Part shown: piece by piece, positions 17,307 to 27,016 of the stretch
Position numbering within the stretch: the first letter of the stretch is position 1
How the letters are laid out: every line of letters starts with the position of its first letter
IMG/VR virus record: IMGVR_UViG_3300044611_002466
Coordinates: 32,001-96,000 of that record
Strand: one strand, 5' to 3'
Length of the DNA: 64,000 bases
DNA from: a virus
Notes under the pieces: model-generated
What the model saw: only the letters and a program-made list of their open reading frames with translations
The model's database searches: none
Told to the model about the DNA's origin: nothing
Made by a program: the position numbers and the translations under genes

Positions 17307-18377
17307 ATGAACCCCCTCAGCCAGGCCCTCGAGCAGCACAACATCACCCCCGAGGACCTGGAGAAGGCCGCAGGTGTGCGGATCTTCCAGAAGGTCGCGG
17401 CCGCCGAGGGCATCGACCTCGCCCAGCTCTCCGATGCGCAGATCGAGGAGCTCTTCGCCCACTTCGAGGCCAGCGTCCTTCCGGAGATCGTCGGCGGCGA
17501 GCCCAGCACCGAGGCCAAGGTGGCATCCCTGAGCCAGGAGGAAGTCTTCGACCTCTTCGACAAGCAGGCCGCCGCTGAGGGCCTCGATCTCTCCGACGCC
17601 TCCGAAGAGCAGCTCGTCGCCGCCCTCGGGTACTTCATGGAGAACGTCCTCCCGGCGATGGCCGAGAACGGCTTCGAGCCCGTCGGCGCGGAGAAGAGCG
17701 CGGAGGCCGAGGAGGCCCAGGCCAAGCTCGCCGAGGCCGACATCCTCGGCCGGCAGATGGCGCGCGGCTACATGGACGAGATCGGCAAGATCGCGGGAGC
17801 GGGGGACGCAGCCAAGGCCCTCCTCTCGCGCGGCGCGGCCGCTGTTCGCCAGGGCGGCCACCTGCTCAGCGGGAAGAAGCTCCAGGGTGCCGGTGCCGCT
17901 GCTCTCGGCGCCGGAACGGCCGCTCTCGGTGCCGGTGGTGCGGCCCTCGGCGCCAAGAAGCTGATGGGCAGCAAGAAGGAGGCCGGTGCCCCCGCCCCCG
18001 CCATCTCGCTCAGCGCCGAGGACGTCGAGATCCTGCAGCAGCTCTCGGAGTCCGGGGACCTCGCCGGCCTGCAGAAGGCGGCCGGCATCATCAAGAACGC
18101 GGCCGCGGCGCAGATCGGCTCCGCCAAGCCCGGCATCGGCGAACGCATCCGGGGCGCCGCGTCGCGGGGCGTCGCCCTTGCGCGGGCGCACCCTCGGGCC
18201 GCTGCCGGTATCGCGGTCGGCGGCGCCGCCGCCACCGGTGGCGCCGCCGCCCTCGCTCATCGCATGAAGTCGAAGTCCACGGAGAAGGACGCCAGCGCCG
18301 CCCTTGATGTCCTGGTCGAGGAGCGCGCCGCGGAGCTCGCCTCGGGCTGGCTCACCGACAACGGCTACGGCTCGTAG
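17307..18377 (+). CDS. Scaffold/core-like protein, K-x-A rich, with internal duplication and glycine zippers
   Basis: 11 of 20 Lys in K-x-A; two copies of F.K.AAAEG.DL...S..Q......F...VLP. Confidence 0.75.
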   Translation: MNPLSQALEQHNITPEDLEKAAGVRIFQKVAAAEGIDLAQLSDAQIEELFAHFEASVLPEIVGGEPSTEAKVASLSQEEVFDLFDKQAAAEGLDLSDASEEQLVAALGYFMENVLPAMAENGFEPVGAEKSAEAEEAQAKLAEADILGRQMARGYMDEIGKIAGAGDAAKALLSRGAAAVRQGGHLLSGKKLQGAGAAALGAGTAALGAGGAALGAKKLMGSKKEAGAPAPAISLSAEDVEILQQLSESGDLAGLQKAAGIIKNAAAAQIGSAKPGIGERIRGAASRGVALARAHPRAAAGIAVGGAAATGGAAALAHRMKSKSTEKDASAALDVLVEERAAELASGWLTDNGYGS

Positions 18378-18580
18378 TGATGCTGCCGCTGTCACAGCTG
18401 AGGGTGTTTGCGGGGGAGGTGGGCAAGCTCGCCGGACTCACCACGCACCCAGCCGTGGCAGCGGGCGCAACAAAGCGGTTGCTGGGTTCGACCCCCTCCG
18501 CGCCTACGTCAGGGCTCGCGCAGACGGCCAAGATCACATCTCCCGCGGCCCTCGTTGCTCCTCCCAACACCTTCGCCTGA
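18377..18580 (+). CDS. Small head-region protein
   Basis: Coupled ORF, GKLAG motif. Confidence 0.5.
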   Translation: MMLPLSQLRVFAGEVGKLAGLTTHPAVAAGATKRLLGSTPSAPTSGLAQTAKITSPAALVAPPNTFA

Positions 18581-18590
18581 GGCGTCCGTC

Positions 18591-19841
18591 ATGTCCGTAC
18601 AGCAAATCGTCAACGAGGCCCTGCAGCGCGCACGCTCCACGGCCGGAGGCGGTACCGGTACCGCTGCCACCAAGACCGCTTCGGCCGAGGACGCCCTGAT
18701 CAAGACGGCGCATCAGCTGGCGGACGCCAACGAATGGATCGCGCTCAGTGCGGCCGACGACGGCACCGCTGGCGGACGAGCCCGCCGAGGGCTCGTCGAG
18801 AACTTCTTCAAGAGTGCCGGAGGCGAGAAGGTCCCCGGCCCGGTGCAGAGCGAGTCTCCCACCGGCACCCAGGCGGTGCCTCCGCAGTCTGGCGCGAAGA
18901 AGATCCTGCCGCTCGGCAAGGCCAGCGGTGACTCCCCGGAGGAGTCGGGTGCGCCGACCGGCACCCAGGCCACTCTGGACCAGACCGGCACCAAGAAGGC
19001 CGGCATGACGCTGCTGGACGCGATCACCAAGAGCGCGGACACGTCGGCCATTCCCGGCCCCAAGCAGAGTGTGGCCGGCGAGAACGCCGCGGCCCCGCCG
19101 CCGAAGAACGAGAACACCAACATCGGTGCCCTTCGCTCTGCTGAGGGAATGGTCTCCATGACGCGGAGGGAGGCGAAGGCCCCCACGCGAGATCGCCTGA
19201 AGCAGCTCTTCGCCCACGCCGGAGACACCGGCCCCTCGAGCGCCGCGGCCCAGGCCGCCTTCCCCAACGCCTACGCCAAGGGAGGGATGAAGGAGGCAGC
19301 CGCCGACCCGCGTGACGCGATCGACGACAAGCTGCTCGGTGAGTCCAAAGCCTCCATGCGGGAAAGCGGCATCAAGGCCGTGAACACGGCCGGTCATGCC
19401 GGTCGTGGGGCGGTCCATGGTGCCTTGGGCGGGGCCGCTGGCGGAATCCTGGCTGGCAGTGGCGTCGGTCTTGGCGTTGGCGCCCTTGGCGGCGCCCTCT
19501 CCCAGGGCGCTCGTGCACGTGGCGGTCTGGGCAGTCGTCTTGCCGGCGCTGGCCTCGGGGCCCTTGTCGGCGGGGCCGCCGGCGGGGTCACTGGAGGCAT
19601 GATCGGTGCCGTGCCCGGGGGCCTTGCGGGCGGTATCTCTGGCGGCATCAGCGGGCATCGAGCCGGTCAGCGAGAGCAGCGCGCCATGGATGCCGCCGAA
19701 GCCGCTCACGAGAAGCTCGATGCACGCGAGAAGAAGGCCTCCGTCTCCGACTACGCCAAGCTCGCCTCCCTCGCGGAATCTGGTAGCCTCGGTGACGCGG
19801 CTCGAGAGCTGATCCGCTTCGCGGATGGCCTCGTCACCTGA
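18591..19841 (+). CDS. K-x-A-rich protein with long glycine zipper
   Basis: KTAS, KTAH, KSAG, KKAG, KSAD, KEAA, KKAS, KLAS; GxxxG tract at about 19400-19660. Confidence 0.75.
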   Translation: MSVQQIVNEALQRARSTAGGGTGTAATKTASAEDALIKTAHQLADANEWIALSAADDGTAGGRARRGLVENFFKSAGGEKVPGPVQSESPTGTQAVPPQSGAKKILPLGKASGDSPEESGAPTGTQATLDQTGTKKAGMTLLDAITKSADTSAIPGPKQSVAGENAAAPPPKNENTNIGALRSAEGMVSMTRREAKAPTRDRLKQLFAHAGDTGPSSAAAQAAFPNAYAKGGMKEAAADPRDAIDDKLLGESKASMRESGIKAVNTAGHAGRGAVHGALGGAAGGILAGSGVGLGVGALGGALSQGARARGGLGSRLAGAGLGALVGGAAGGVTGGMIGAVPGGLAGGISGGISGHRAGQREQRAMDAAEAAHEKLDAREKKASVSDYAKLASLAESGSLGDAARELIRFADGLVT

Positions 19842-20074
19842 TGCTGTCCCAACTCCTCCAGACCATCGAGAAGCGCGCGGGTACGGACCCCCAGGCTGCT
19901 GCGTTTCGCGCGCTCTCGGTACTCCCCAAGGCGGCGTCGGCCGATGATCTCTCCGTGGAGACGGACGAGGAGGGACGGGCACGCCGAGTGGGAGAGTTCT
20001 TGCGCCGACGCAACTCGAGCGGGCTGTTGAACGGTTCCGCCTCCCCCACACCCCCGAAGGACACCGCTCCATGA
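19841..20074 (+). CDS. Small head-region protein
   Basis: KRAG and KAAS motifs; coupled. Confidence 0.6.
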   Translation: MLSQLLQTIEKRAGTDPQAAAFRALSVLPKAASADDLSVETDEEGRARRVGEFLRRRNSSGLLNGSASPTPPKDTAP

Positions 20075-20445
20075 GTTCCGAAGTAGACGGCGTCACCGCC
20101 GTTGCCGCGCAGTCGGCAACCGTGCTGCGTCAGCTGGCGACCAAGTGCGCCTCCCAGGCTGTCGAGCTCACTGCCCTTCGCGAGAAGGTGGCGAATCAGG
20201 ACCGTGCGGAAGAGATCCGCGGTCTTGCGAGGGAGATGGAGGCACGCGGGCTGTCCCCCGAGCTTGCGATGGACGAGAAGATCGCGGCCATCTCGAAGTA
20301 CCCCGACCTCACCCTGGTGCGTGAGTCGATCAAGCTCGCCGGCGGTGGTCGTCTCGACATGGCGCGGGTGGAAGAGTCCTCAACCCCTTCCACCGCCGGC
20401 GCCGACAACGAGTTCGTCCAGTACTGCCTCGGGTACCAATCCTGA
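20071..20445 (+). CDS. Probable scaffold-type coiled-coil protein
   Basis: KCAS, KVAN, KLAG; helical; two genes before MCP. Confidence 0.6.
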   Translation: MSSEVDGVTAVAAQSATVLRQLATKCASQAVELTALREKVANQDRAEEIRGLAREMEARGLSPELAMDEKIAAISKYPDLTLVRESIKLAGGGRLDMARVEESSTPSTAGADNEFVQYCLGYQS

Positions 20446-20449
20446 ATCC

Positions 20450-20478
20450 TTCAAGCTCCCACGACCCTGCGTTACAGT
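20450..20478 (+). promoter_or_regulatory. sigma70-type promoter for decoration + MCP
   Basis: TTCAAG (20450-55), 17-nt spacer, TACAGT (20473-78). Confidence 0.6.
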
Positions 20479-20504
20479 AGGGACAGCCCCTTCGCGAGGA
20501 CACC

Positions 20505-21041
20505 ATGGCCGGAAAGTACATCACCATCATCAACCCCGGATACTCTGCGCTCTTCACGCGGGACCTGCCGTACTTGGCTGGCTCTGGCGAGAGCGCGAGC
20601 ATCAACCCCTTCAGCCCCTCGGACAGCCGTGCGCTGGTCGAAGGCGAGTGGCTCGAGCTCGTCGCGTCCGGCACCGCCAACAAGTACACCCGCGGCGGCA
20701 ACAACGTGGTGACCACCCCCGACACCCCCGACGGTGAGGGCACCGTCCCCGCCTTCCTCTACTTCATGGAGGAGGGACGCTACGACGCGCAGGTGTCGGG
20801 CCAGGCGCACTGTATCCGGGGCCCCGGGCTGTTCGAGTTCCGCACCAAGCTGTGCCGCTCCGCCGGCCTGTCCATCAACTCCAAGGTCTCCGTGTGGGAC
20901 TGGGACGGCGGTGGTTCGAGCCCCGGCGCCTACGGCTGCGTGCGGCGCGCGCTCGCGATCCACAGCGCCGGTTGGTCGGTGGGCCGCGTCTCGCGGATCT
21001 ACGGCACCAACGACATCTCCGTCATCTACGGCATGCAGTAG
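20505..21041 (+). CDS. Probable capsid decoration/cement protein
   Basis: Immediately upstream of MCP, 178 aa, beta-rich. Confidence 0.55.
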   Translation: MAGKYITIINPGYSALFTRDLPYLAGSGESASINPFSPSDSRALVEGEWLELVASGTANKYTRGGNNVVTTPDTPDGEGTVPAFLYFMEEGRYDAQVSGQAHCIRGPGLFEFRTKLCRSAGLSINSKVSVWDWDGGGSSPGAYGCVRRALAIHSAGWSVGRVSRIYGTNDISVIYGMQ

Positions 21042-21100
21042 GATTCGCTGCAACATGCGGTACCAGCACCCCTCCATCCTGATCCCCTGAGGACACCACC

Positions 21101-22267
21101 ATGAGCATGATCGAAGGCGCTGGCTCCGCCGGAGCCATGAATGCCGGCTTCATTGAGCGGCTCGAAAGCGACGGGGCGACCAAGTGCGCCGCGCAGAGCC
21201 TCAACTTCATCCGGGACCGCATCCGCGAAGGGTGCTTCACGGACATGATCATCCCGAACGAGCGTGTCGTGCGCGGCGATCTGCAGCGCTCCACCGAGCA
21301 CGACGGCCTCGTGCGGATCGTGGACATCGAGCCCGGCTCCCGGGCGATGGCGTGCACCTTCCGCGGGCAGCCCGAGACCACCTACGTCTCCGGCAAGCGC
21401 TTCGCGATCGGCTTCTCCACCGTCTCGAGTCTCAAGTTCGAGATCGTCGAACAGGAGCTCATGGCCTACGAGATGCCGGTGACGCGCATCATGGAGGAGA
21501 ACTCCCTCAAGGACATGGTGGAGGTCAAGGACCGCACCTTCCTGGGCCACACCGAGACCTCCGTGGAGGCCATGCAGGAGGAGGCCAACGGCTCCGTTGT
21601 CGGCTTCAACACCAGCAACGTGAACGCGGGAACCTGTCTCGAAGTCTCGAAGGTCAAGGGGTCCATGGCCCTCCAGATGGCCTCCGACAACTTCGTCGTC
21701 AAGGCGATCCAGCGCCCGGACATCGTCAAGATCAAGCGCCTCCTGAAGCGCGTGATCACCGACGGCTCCGGGAACATGGTCCGGCGTGGCCGCCTGCGCC
21801 CCGAGGTCATGCTCGCCTGCGAGTCGGACATCGACGAGTTCGACTCCTGGACGCACGAGGACCTGGGCTCCAAGCTGCAGTCCGAGACCATGGTGGACGG
21901 CTGGAGCTACGCCAAGGCGATCGGCCTGCGCATCGTGAAGACGATCAAGAACGACCTCCTCCGGGAAGGGAACATCTACGTCTTCACCAGCGCGCAGTAC
22001 TTCGGCCGGAACTATACGTTGAATGACGTGAAGTTCTACATCGACAAGGTCGCGAACCGCATCTCGTGGCAGGCGTGGATGGACATCGGCATGGGCATCG
22101 CGAACATCGCCTCGGTGGTGAAGCTCGAGCTCTACTCCGGGTCCGTCACCACCGGAGACACCGACAGCGGCTACGCCGCTGCCATCCCGGTGGAGATCGA
22201 AGACATGGGCGGGGTGAACAACAAGGTGGCCGAGGGCCTCACCTTCCCGCACATCTCCCTCTACTGA
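21101..22267 (+). CDS. Major capsid protein (HK97 fold)
   Basis: EQELMAYEMPVTRIMEENSLKDMVEVKDRTFL backbone-helix pattern; size, position, strong SD and downstream terminator. Confidence 0.85.
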   Translation: MSMIEGAGSAGAMNAGFIERLESDGATKCAAQSLNFIRDRIREGCFTDMIIPNERVVRGDLQRSTEHDGLVRIVDIEPGSRAMACTFRGQPETTYVSGKRFAIGFSTVSSLKFEIVEQELMAYEMPVTRIMEENSLKDMVEVKDRTFLGHTETSVEAMQEEANGSVVGFNTSNVNAGTCLEVSKVKGSMALQMASDNFVVKAIQRPDIVKIKRLLKRVITDGSGNMVRRGRLRPEVMLACESDIDEFDSWTHEDLGSKLQSETMVDGWSYAKAIGLRIVKTIKNDLLREGNIYVFTSAQYFGRNYTLNDVKFYIDKVANRISWQAWMDIGMGIANIASVVKLELYSGSVTTGDTDSGYAAAIPVEIEDMGGVNNKVAEGLTFPHISLY

Positions 22268-22281
22268 GGACGGTCGGGGTG

Positions 22282-22319
22282 GAAGGGCCTGGTGCGTTGC
22301 GCCAGGCCCTTCGTGTTTT
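22282..22319 (+). terminator. Rho-independent terminator after MCP
   Basis: GAAGGGCCTGG/CCAGGCCCTTC stem followed by GTGTTTT. Confidence 0.85.
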
Positions 22320-22366
22320 AGCGAGACGCCCGACATCTCCCACATGCCCGCACCGAACCGCCGGGC

Positions 22367-22372
22367 TACAAT
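22367..22372 (+). promoter_or_regulatory. sigma70-like -10 box (TACAAT) for the neck/tail operon
   Basis: Between the MCP terminator and the GGAG SD of 22393. Confidence 0.5.
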
Positions 22373-22392
22373 CGCGTGACTGGAGCCACCAC

Positions 22393-23154
22393 ATGCGCTT
22401 GCTTGCCATCAACACGTTCGCGGACCCGAGCACGGCGCACATCCGCCGGCGGTTCCCAGGAAAGGTCCTGGGACGGCCTGTGATCAACACGCTGCCGCTG
22501 GCTTCAGGAGGGCGCCGCGTCCTGCCCGTGGAGATGCTCACGGAGAGTGTCGTCGCGCAGCTCGAGTACTTGGTCTCCATCGGGAACATCAAGGTCGTCG
22601 AGCTGGGAGCGCGCACTCCCGTCAACTTCGCCGAACTTCGGCGACGGCTGCGTCTCCCGCCGGCGCCGAGCTCCGAATCGTCGACTCCCGCGTCCCCTGA
22701 CCCTGCAGTTCCCCCGGAGAGTCTCGAGGAGTCGACGATCTCTCCCAAGGTGTTGTCGGTCGAGGAGGAGTGCAGCTACTGCCATGAGCCCTTCCCCGTC
22801 CCCGTCGAGCTGCATCACGCTGCAGAGGAGTGTGTGCCGACGGAGCAGACCGAAGCGGCACCTCCCGTAGACCTCGACCTGGTGCTGGCCGTCATCGAGA
22901 CCGCCCCGCCGGTCCCTCCTCCGGCCGAGCCAGAGCCCGGACCGGGGGAGACGTTCGTGCTCCCCGGGGACATCGACGGGCTCATCCGCGGCGCCAAGAA
23001 CAAGGCCCTCGTGGCGATTCTCGCCATCTTCGGGAAGTCCGGCGCCGGCAAGAGCAAGCTCGCTCTTGTGTCGGAGGTGTCCGAGGTGCTCAGCGGGGAC
23101 CCGGATCCCCTTCTCGCCAACCGCGCTGTCGCGCTCCTGCGTTCGAGGGACTGA
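22393..23154 (+). CDS. Hypothetical protein (Pro/Glu-rich linker, CxxC-H, SAP/Rho-N-like tail)
   Basis: Start refined to MRLLAINT; CSYCH motif. Confidence 0.65.
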   Translation: MRLLAINTFADPSTAHIRRRFPGKVLGRPVINTLPLASGGRRVLPVEMLTESVVAQLEYLVSIGNIKVVELGARTPVNFAELRRRLRLPPAPSSESSTPASPDPAVPPESLEESTISPKVLSVEEECSYCHEPFPVPVELHHAAEECVPTEQTEAAPPVDLDLVLAVIETAPPVPPPAEPEPGPGETFVLPGDIDGLIRGAKNKALVAILAIFGKSGAGKSKLALVSEVSEVLSGDPDPLLANRAVALLRSRD

Positions 23155-23157
23155 GCC

Positions 23158-23637
23158 ATGCGGATCTCGATCCACAACATCTCTGACCGACCCAACACCC
23201 CCGGAGGGCCGGTGTCCATCAACCTGGGCGGGGTCAAGCTGCGCCCCGGTCAGTGTGTGCTGGTTGACGACTCTGTACTGAACCAGAAGCATCGCGACCT
23301 CCACGGCACCCGCTTGTGGTTCGGGGAGCTTCCGGATCGCTTTGTGCGTACGAGTCGCGCAGCGTTGCGACTTGCCCGAGAGGATGCGGCCCCGTCCAAC
23401 GCGCTCGACCTCGTCGGGGCTCGCGCGTACCTCGAGGGCTGCTCGCTTGAGGACCTGCTCACGATGGCCCAGGCGTGCTCCCCTCCTGTCGATCTTCGCC
23501 CAGGGCTCACGAAGGCGGCCGCCCTCTCCCGCCTCAGCCGTGCGCTCTTCCAGGCGGAGCGGGAGCTTGACCCGGAGACGTTCTTCTGGCTCGGTCGTTG
23601 GACCAGCACCCGCAGTGGCTTCATCCCGCGGGAGTAG
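23158..23637 (+). CDS. Hypothetical protein
   Basis: 159-aa ORF in the structural operon. Confidence 0.65.
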   Translation: MRISIHNISDRPNTPGGPVSINLGGVKLRPGQCVLVDDSVLNQKHRDLHGTRLWFGELPDRFVRTSRAALRLAREDAAPSNALDLVGARAYLEGCSLEDLLTMAQACSPPVDLRPGLTKAAALSRLSRALFQAERELDPETFFWLGRWTSTRSGFIPRE

Positions 23638-23641
23638 ACAC

Positions 23642-24130
23642 ATGACCCCCCTCCCCGAGGAATCGGCTCGAATGAACGAGATGATCGCCTATGTACGGTT
23701 GTACATGCGCGACTTCCCGGAGCTGAATCGCCTGACGCAGGGCCATGAGAGCTCCCCGCGCATGATCGCGTGGGCGATCATCGACGCCCTCGACGACTGG
23801 AACACGACCCCACCCTTCCTCGGAGACTGCACCCTCGCGAGCTTCCCATCCAAGCACCTGCTCTGTCGCGGTGCGGCCATCTCGCTGCTCGAAGGAGTGG
23901 CGATGCTCCAGATGCGGAACCAGCTCTCGTTCAGCGACGGGGGCATCACGGTGTCCGTAAACGACAAGGCGCCGCAGCTCATGCAGTGGTTGTCCATGAT
24001 GAAGGCGACCTACGAGGACAAGAAAGTCAAGGTGAAGTCCTCCCAGAACGTCGAGATGGCCATGGGTGGGAGCGGGCACCACTCCGAGTACTCCGCGATC
24101 AACGGCTCGTACCTGATGGGCATGAACTGA
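23642..24130 (+). CDS. Probable head-tail adaptor (neck) protein
   Basis: Helical, follows MCP; RNQLSFSDGGITV motif typical of adaptors. Confidence 0.65.
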   Translation: MTPLPEESARMNEMIAYVRLYMRDFPELNRLTQGHESSPRMIAWAIIDALDDWNTTPPFLGDCTLASFPSKHLLCRGAAISLLEGVAMLQMRNQLSFSDGGITVSVNDKAPQLMQWLSMMKATYEDKKVKVKSSQNVEMAMGGSGHHSEYSAINGSYLMGMN

Positions 24131-24131
24131 C

Positions 24132-24902
24132 ATGGAGACCCCCTGGACCACCCGAGTCTCGCTCGAGCACCGCATCGCTGCGGCCGACCTGTGGATGGAG
24201 TTCACGGGCCGCAAGAATGCGTCCGCCCCGGGGTCCATCAAGGAAGCAAACGGCGACATGGTCGCGGACCAGAAGGCGCCCAGCCGCGGCCTCGGGGCCC
24301 CGGCACGCGGAGCTCTCGCCGGAGGGGTAACGGGTGCGGGTCTCGCGGGGGTCGCGACGCACTACGCCAACAAGGGACTTGCGGCGGGAGCTCCACGCAT
24401 CTCGCGTGGCTTGGCTGCGCTCGGAGGCGGGACTGTTGGCGCGGGGGTTGGGGCTACGCTCGGGGCGGGCTACCTCATCCACAAGGCGATGAAGGCACAC
24501 ACTGACGCGTCGACGAAGACAGGATCCGCCGCCGAGTCGATGCTCGTGTACCTGCGCTCCCACCCGCGTGCCGCCGCCGCCGTTGGCGCCGCCCTGCTTG
24601 CCACGCCAGCAGCGGCAGGGGGGTACCTCCACGAGAAGGCCCGGCACACGGCCGGCGGAGGCGGGAAGAGCAAGTACGAGATCGACAACGCCCTGGAGCT
24701 GGAGAAGCACCGAGCTCACACGGAGCACGCGGGCACGGACTCCGCCGTGTCGAAGTTGAAGGAGAAGTACCTGCGCATGAAGGAGCGAGCAGGGGTGGAG
24801 GCACGGGAAGATCCTCGCCGCGCTGCTCTCTACGGGGCTCTGCCGTACGGACTGCTCGCGGGGACGACTGGCGCCACGCTCGTACCCCGGCTGCTTCGGT
24901 GA
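24132..24902 (+). CDS. K-x-A protein with four glycine-zipper/hydrophobic segments
   Basis: KNAS, KEAN; GALAGGVTGAGLAG, GLAALGGGTVGAGVGATLGAG and others. Confidence 0.7.
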   Translation: METPWTTRVSLEHRIAAADLWMEFTGRKNASAPGSIKEANGDMVADQKAPSRGLGAPARGALAGGVTGAGLAGVATHYANKGLAAGAPRISRGLAALGGGTVGAGVGATLGAGYLIHKAMKAHTDASTKTGSAAESMLVYLRSHPRAAAAVGAALLATPAAAGGYLHEKARHTAGGGGKSKYEIDNALELEKHRAHTEHAGTDSAVSKLKEKYLRMKERAGVEAREDPRRAALYGALPYGLLAGTTGATLVPRLLR

Positions 24903-25789
24903 GGTTCACCGGCCTACAGGTATCCGGCTTCAGCCGGCGCTATCACGACATCGACTGGGAGATCGCGCCCACCCACGATGACATGCAGGAGTGGGAGTTC
25001 TTCGTCGAGCGCTCCGAGTCCGAGGCGGGGCCCTGGCTCACCATCGCCGGCCCCATCATCGACCGCTACTACGTGCGGGACAACACGACTCCGCAGATCT
25101 CCATCAACCGCACGCTCTTCTACCGAGTGCGCGCAGAGAACCGCTCCCGCGGCCTCAACGCGGTCTCCCCCGTAGCGGATCGCGAGGGGTCTCCGGACCT
25201 CATCGCGGTTGAGATTGCGAGCCTGGAGCACCTCCTCTTCACGGAGTTTACCGGGACGCGCTCGTGGCTGTTCACCCGGCGTACGTTCGGGCAGCGATGT
25301 CCGCAGTGCTGGGACGATGTCCTCTCCAAGGTCACCGACGACTCGTGCCCCACGTGCTTCCGAACGGGCTTCTCTGGGGGGTACCACTACCCGATCGAGT
25401 TTTACGCCCAGTTTGACCGGAGCCCGTCGGTCGAGAACCTGACCACGTTCGACCACCACCAGCTGAACACGCAGACGTTTCGGTGCACGGCTTCTCCGAA
25501 GATCACGCCGTCATCGCTGATCATCGACCACAAGAACCAGCGGTTTCGGGTGATCGCGGTCTCATGTACGTCGCGCCTCGGTGTTGGTGTGCACCAGGAA
25601 GTGCAGGTAGCGCAGCTCCAGCCCGGCTCGATCGAGGACGCCATTGAGCTGAAGGTCGAACACCGTGGGCTGGCGCTGGCTGGGCCACGGAACTACACAA
25701 ACCCGCAGAACGTAGAGGCTGCAGGCTCCTCGGCCAACTCGCCGGAGCTGGACGCGCTACTGGCGGGCTACGGGTACAGCGATGCGTGA
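24899..25789 (+). CDS. Probable head-closure/neck protein with N-terminal Ig-like region and CxxC..CxxC insert
   Basis: GQRCPQCWD...CPTCFRTGFSGGY; position between adaptor and tail terminator. Confidence 0.65.
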   Translation: MRFTGLQVSGFSRRYHDIDWEIAPTHDDMQEWEFFVERSESEAGPWLTIAGPIIDRYYVRDNTTPQISINRTLFYRVRAENRSRGLNAVSPVADREGSPDLIAVEIASLEHLLFTEFTGTRSWLFTRRTFGQRCPQCWDDVLSKVTDDSCPTCFRTGFSGGYHYPIEFYAQFDRSPSVENLTTFDHHQLNTQTFRCTASPKITPSSLIIDHKNQRFRVIAVSCTSRLGVGVHQEVQVAQLQPGSIEDAIELKVEHRGLALAGPRNYTNPQNVEAAGSSANSPELDALLAGYGYSDA

Positions 25790-26210
25790 CAACGAGCTCC
25801 TCGATCGGATGCGCGACCAGCCTGGGTACAAGAAGTACCAGGAGGCCGCCGCGAAGACCCCGCGCTCGCAGTACCCGTGGGGGACGCTCCTCGCCAACGT
25901 GGGAGGGATCGCAGTCGCGCATACGGCCGGGTACGTCAGCGCCGGTGCGCTCGCCTCGCTCCTCGCGTCGTCCCGTGTGGGGGAGCGCTTCGCGCGGCTC
26001 CCCCACACGACGCAGCTCAACGCCATCGCACACGCGGTCTCGATCGCAGGCTCCGTCGGGGTGGTTGCATCCGGCTTGGCGCGCATCGCGGGGCAGCTAC
26101 GAGTCGCCGAGGAGATCTCCCGCATGGAGAAGGAGCGCGCGGCGGCGTCGAGTGAGAAGGTCGCCTCGGTCTACTTCGTGTACGAGCAGGCGCTCCGAGC
26201 GCTCCAGTGA
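25782..26210 (+). CDS. Two-hydrophobic-segment protein ending in a KVAS-flanked tail
   Basis: Hydrophobic helices; SEKVAS. Confidence 0.65.
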   Translation: MRDNELLDRMRDQPGYKKYQEAAAKTPRSQYPWGTLLANVGGIAVAHTAGYVSAGALASLLASSRVGERFARLPHTTQLNAIAHAVSIAGSVGVVASGLARIAGQLRVAEEISRMEKERAAASSEKVASVYFVYEQALRALQ

Positions 26211-27013
26211 GTACCGTAGCGACCAGGTCCAAGCGGGTTCCTCTGGATCTCGGGTCGAGTCCGTTGGTGTACGCACAACGGCTGTACGTGCAGTTCCTGC
26301 AGGGGCTGTGCAACTTCAACGAGAAGGGGTGCCTGCACTGGGAACCGGACGAGGATCTCACGGAGATCGTGATCCGGTCCGAAGCCCCCATCAACATGAA
26401 GAACGTCGGAAAGCGGCCCGTCATTGCCGTGATCATGGGGCCGACGCAGTACCAAGGCCTCGGCGTCGACCAGATGCAGAGCATGTCGCTGAACTCTGAG
26501 AAGCGCGTCTATACGGACCTTCTTAGCGGACACCTTGTGGTTTACTGCCTCGCCGAGAACGACGTGGTGGCCCAGTGGATCGCGCACATGGTCGTCCACG
26601 GGACGCGTACGAACCGACGACTGCTCGAGGGTGCCGGCGGCTTCCACCAAATATCCCGCCCCGCTCCTTCTCTTAACCCTCCAAGCCCGCCAGGGGCCTT
26701 GGTCGTTGGAGATCCCGCCGGGCTCGTCATGGTGCAGGTCAACGAGCCCTTCTCCTTGCAATGGACGTGGTCCACCGAGCCGTCCGCACCCAGCCACGAG
26801 CGGTCGCTGGACATGATTACGAGCGGCCCGCGCGCGAGCTCCTACCCGTACGCTTCCCACAAGACGCTGGAACGGGTAGAGTTGGCGATGTCGGCCGCCC
26901 CCGTCACGCTCCGTCGAATCTCGGGAGCGGTGAGCACTACCGAGACCATCCTCAACGGCATAGACGACCTCCAGGTCGTACACGCTTCCACCAGTACTGA
27001 CGAGGCTCGATAA
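26207..27013 (+). CDS. Probable tail terminator/completion protein
   Basis: Directly before the sheath; alpha/beta pattern. Confidence 0.55.
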   Translation: MSTVATRSKRVPLDLGSSPLVYAQRLYVQFLQGLCNFNEKGCLHWEPDEDLTEIVIRSEAPINMKNVGKRPVIAVIMGPTQYQGLGVDQMQSMSLNSEKRVYTDLLSGHLVVYCLAENDVVAQWIAHMVVHGTRTNRRLLEGAGGFHQISRPAPSLNPPSPPGALVVGDPAGLVMVQVNEPFSLQWTWSTEPSAPSHERSLDMITSGPRASSYPYASHKTLERVELAMSAAPVTLRRISGAVSTTETILNGIDDLQVVHASTSTDEAR

Positions 27014-27016
27014 CCC

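Noticed and set aside
17895-17960. 21-nt imperfect tandem repeat as a DNA-level element
   Set aside because: Explained by the coding repeat (A/G)AALGAG; third positions vary
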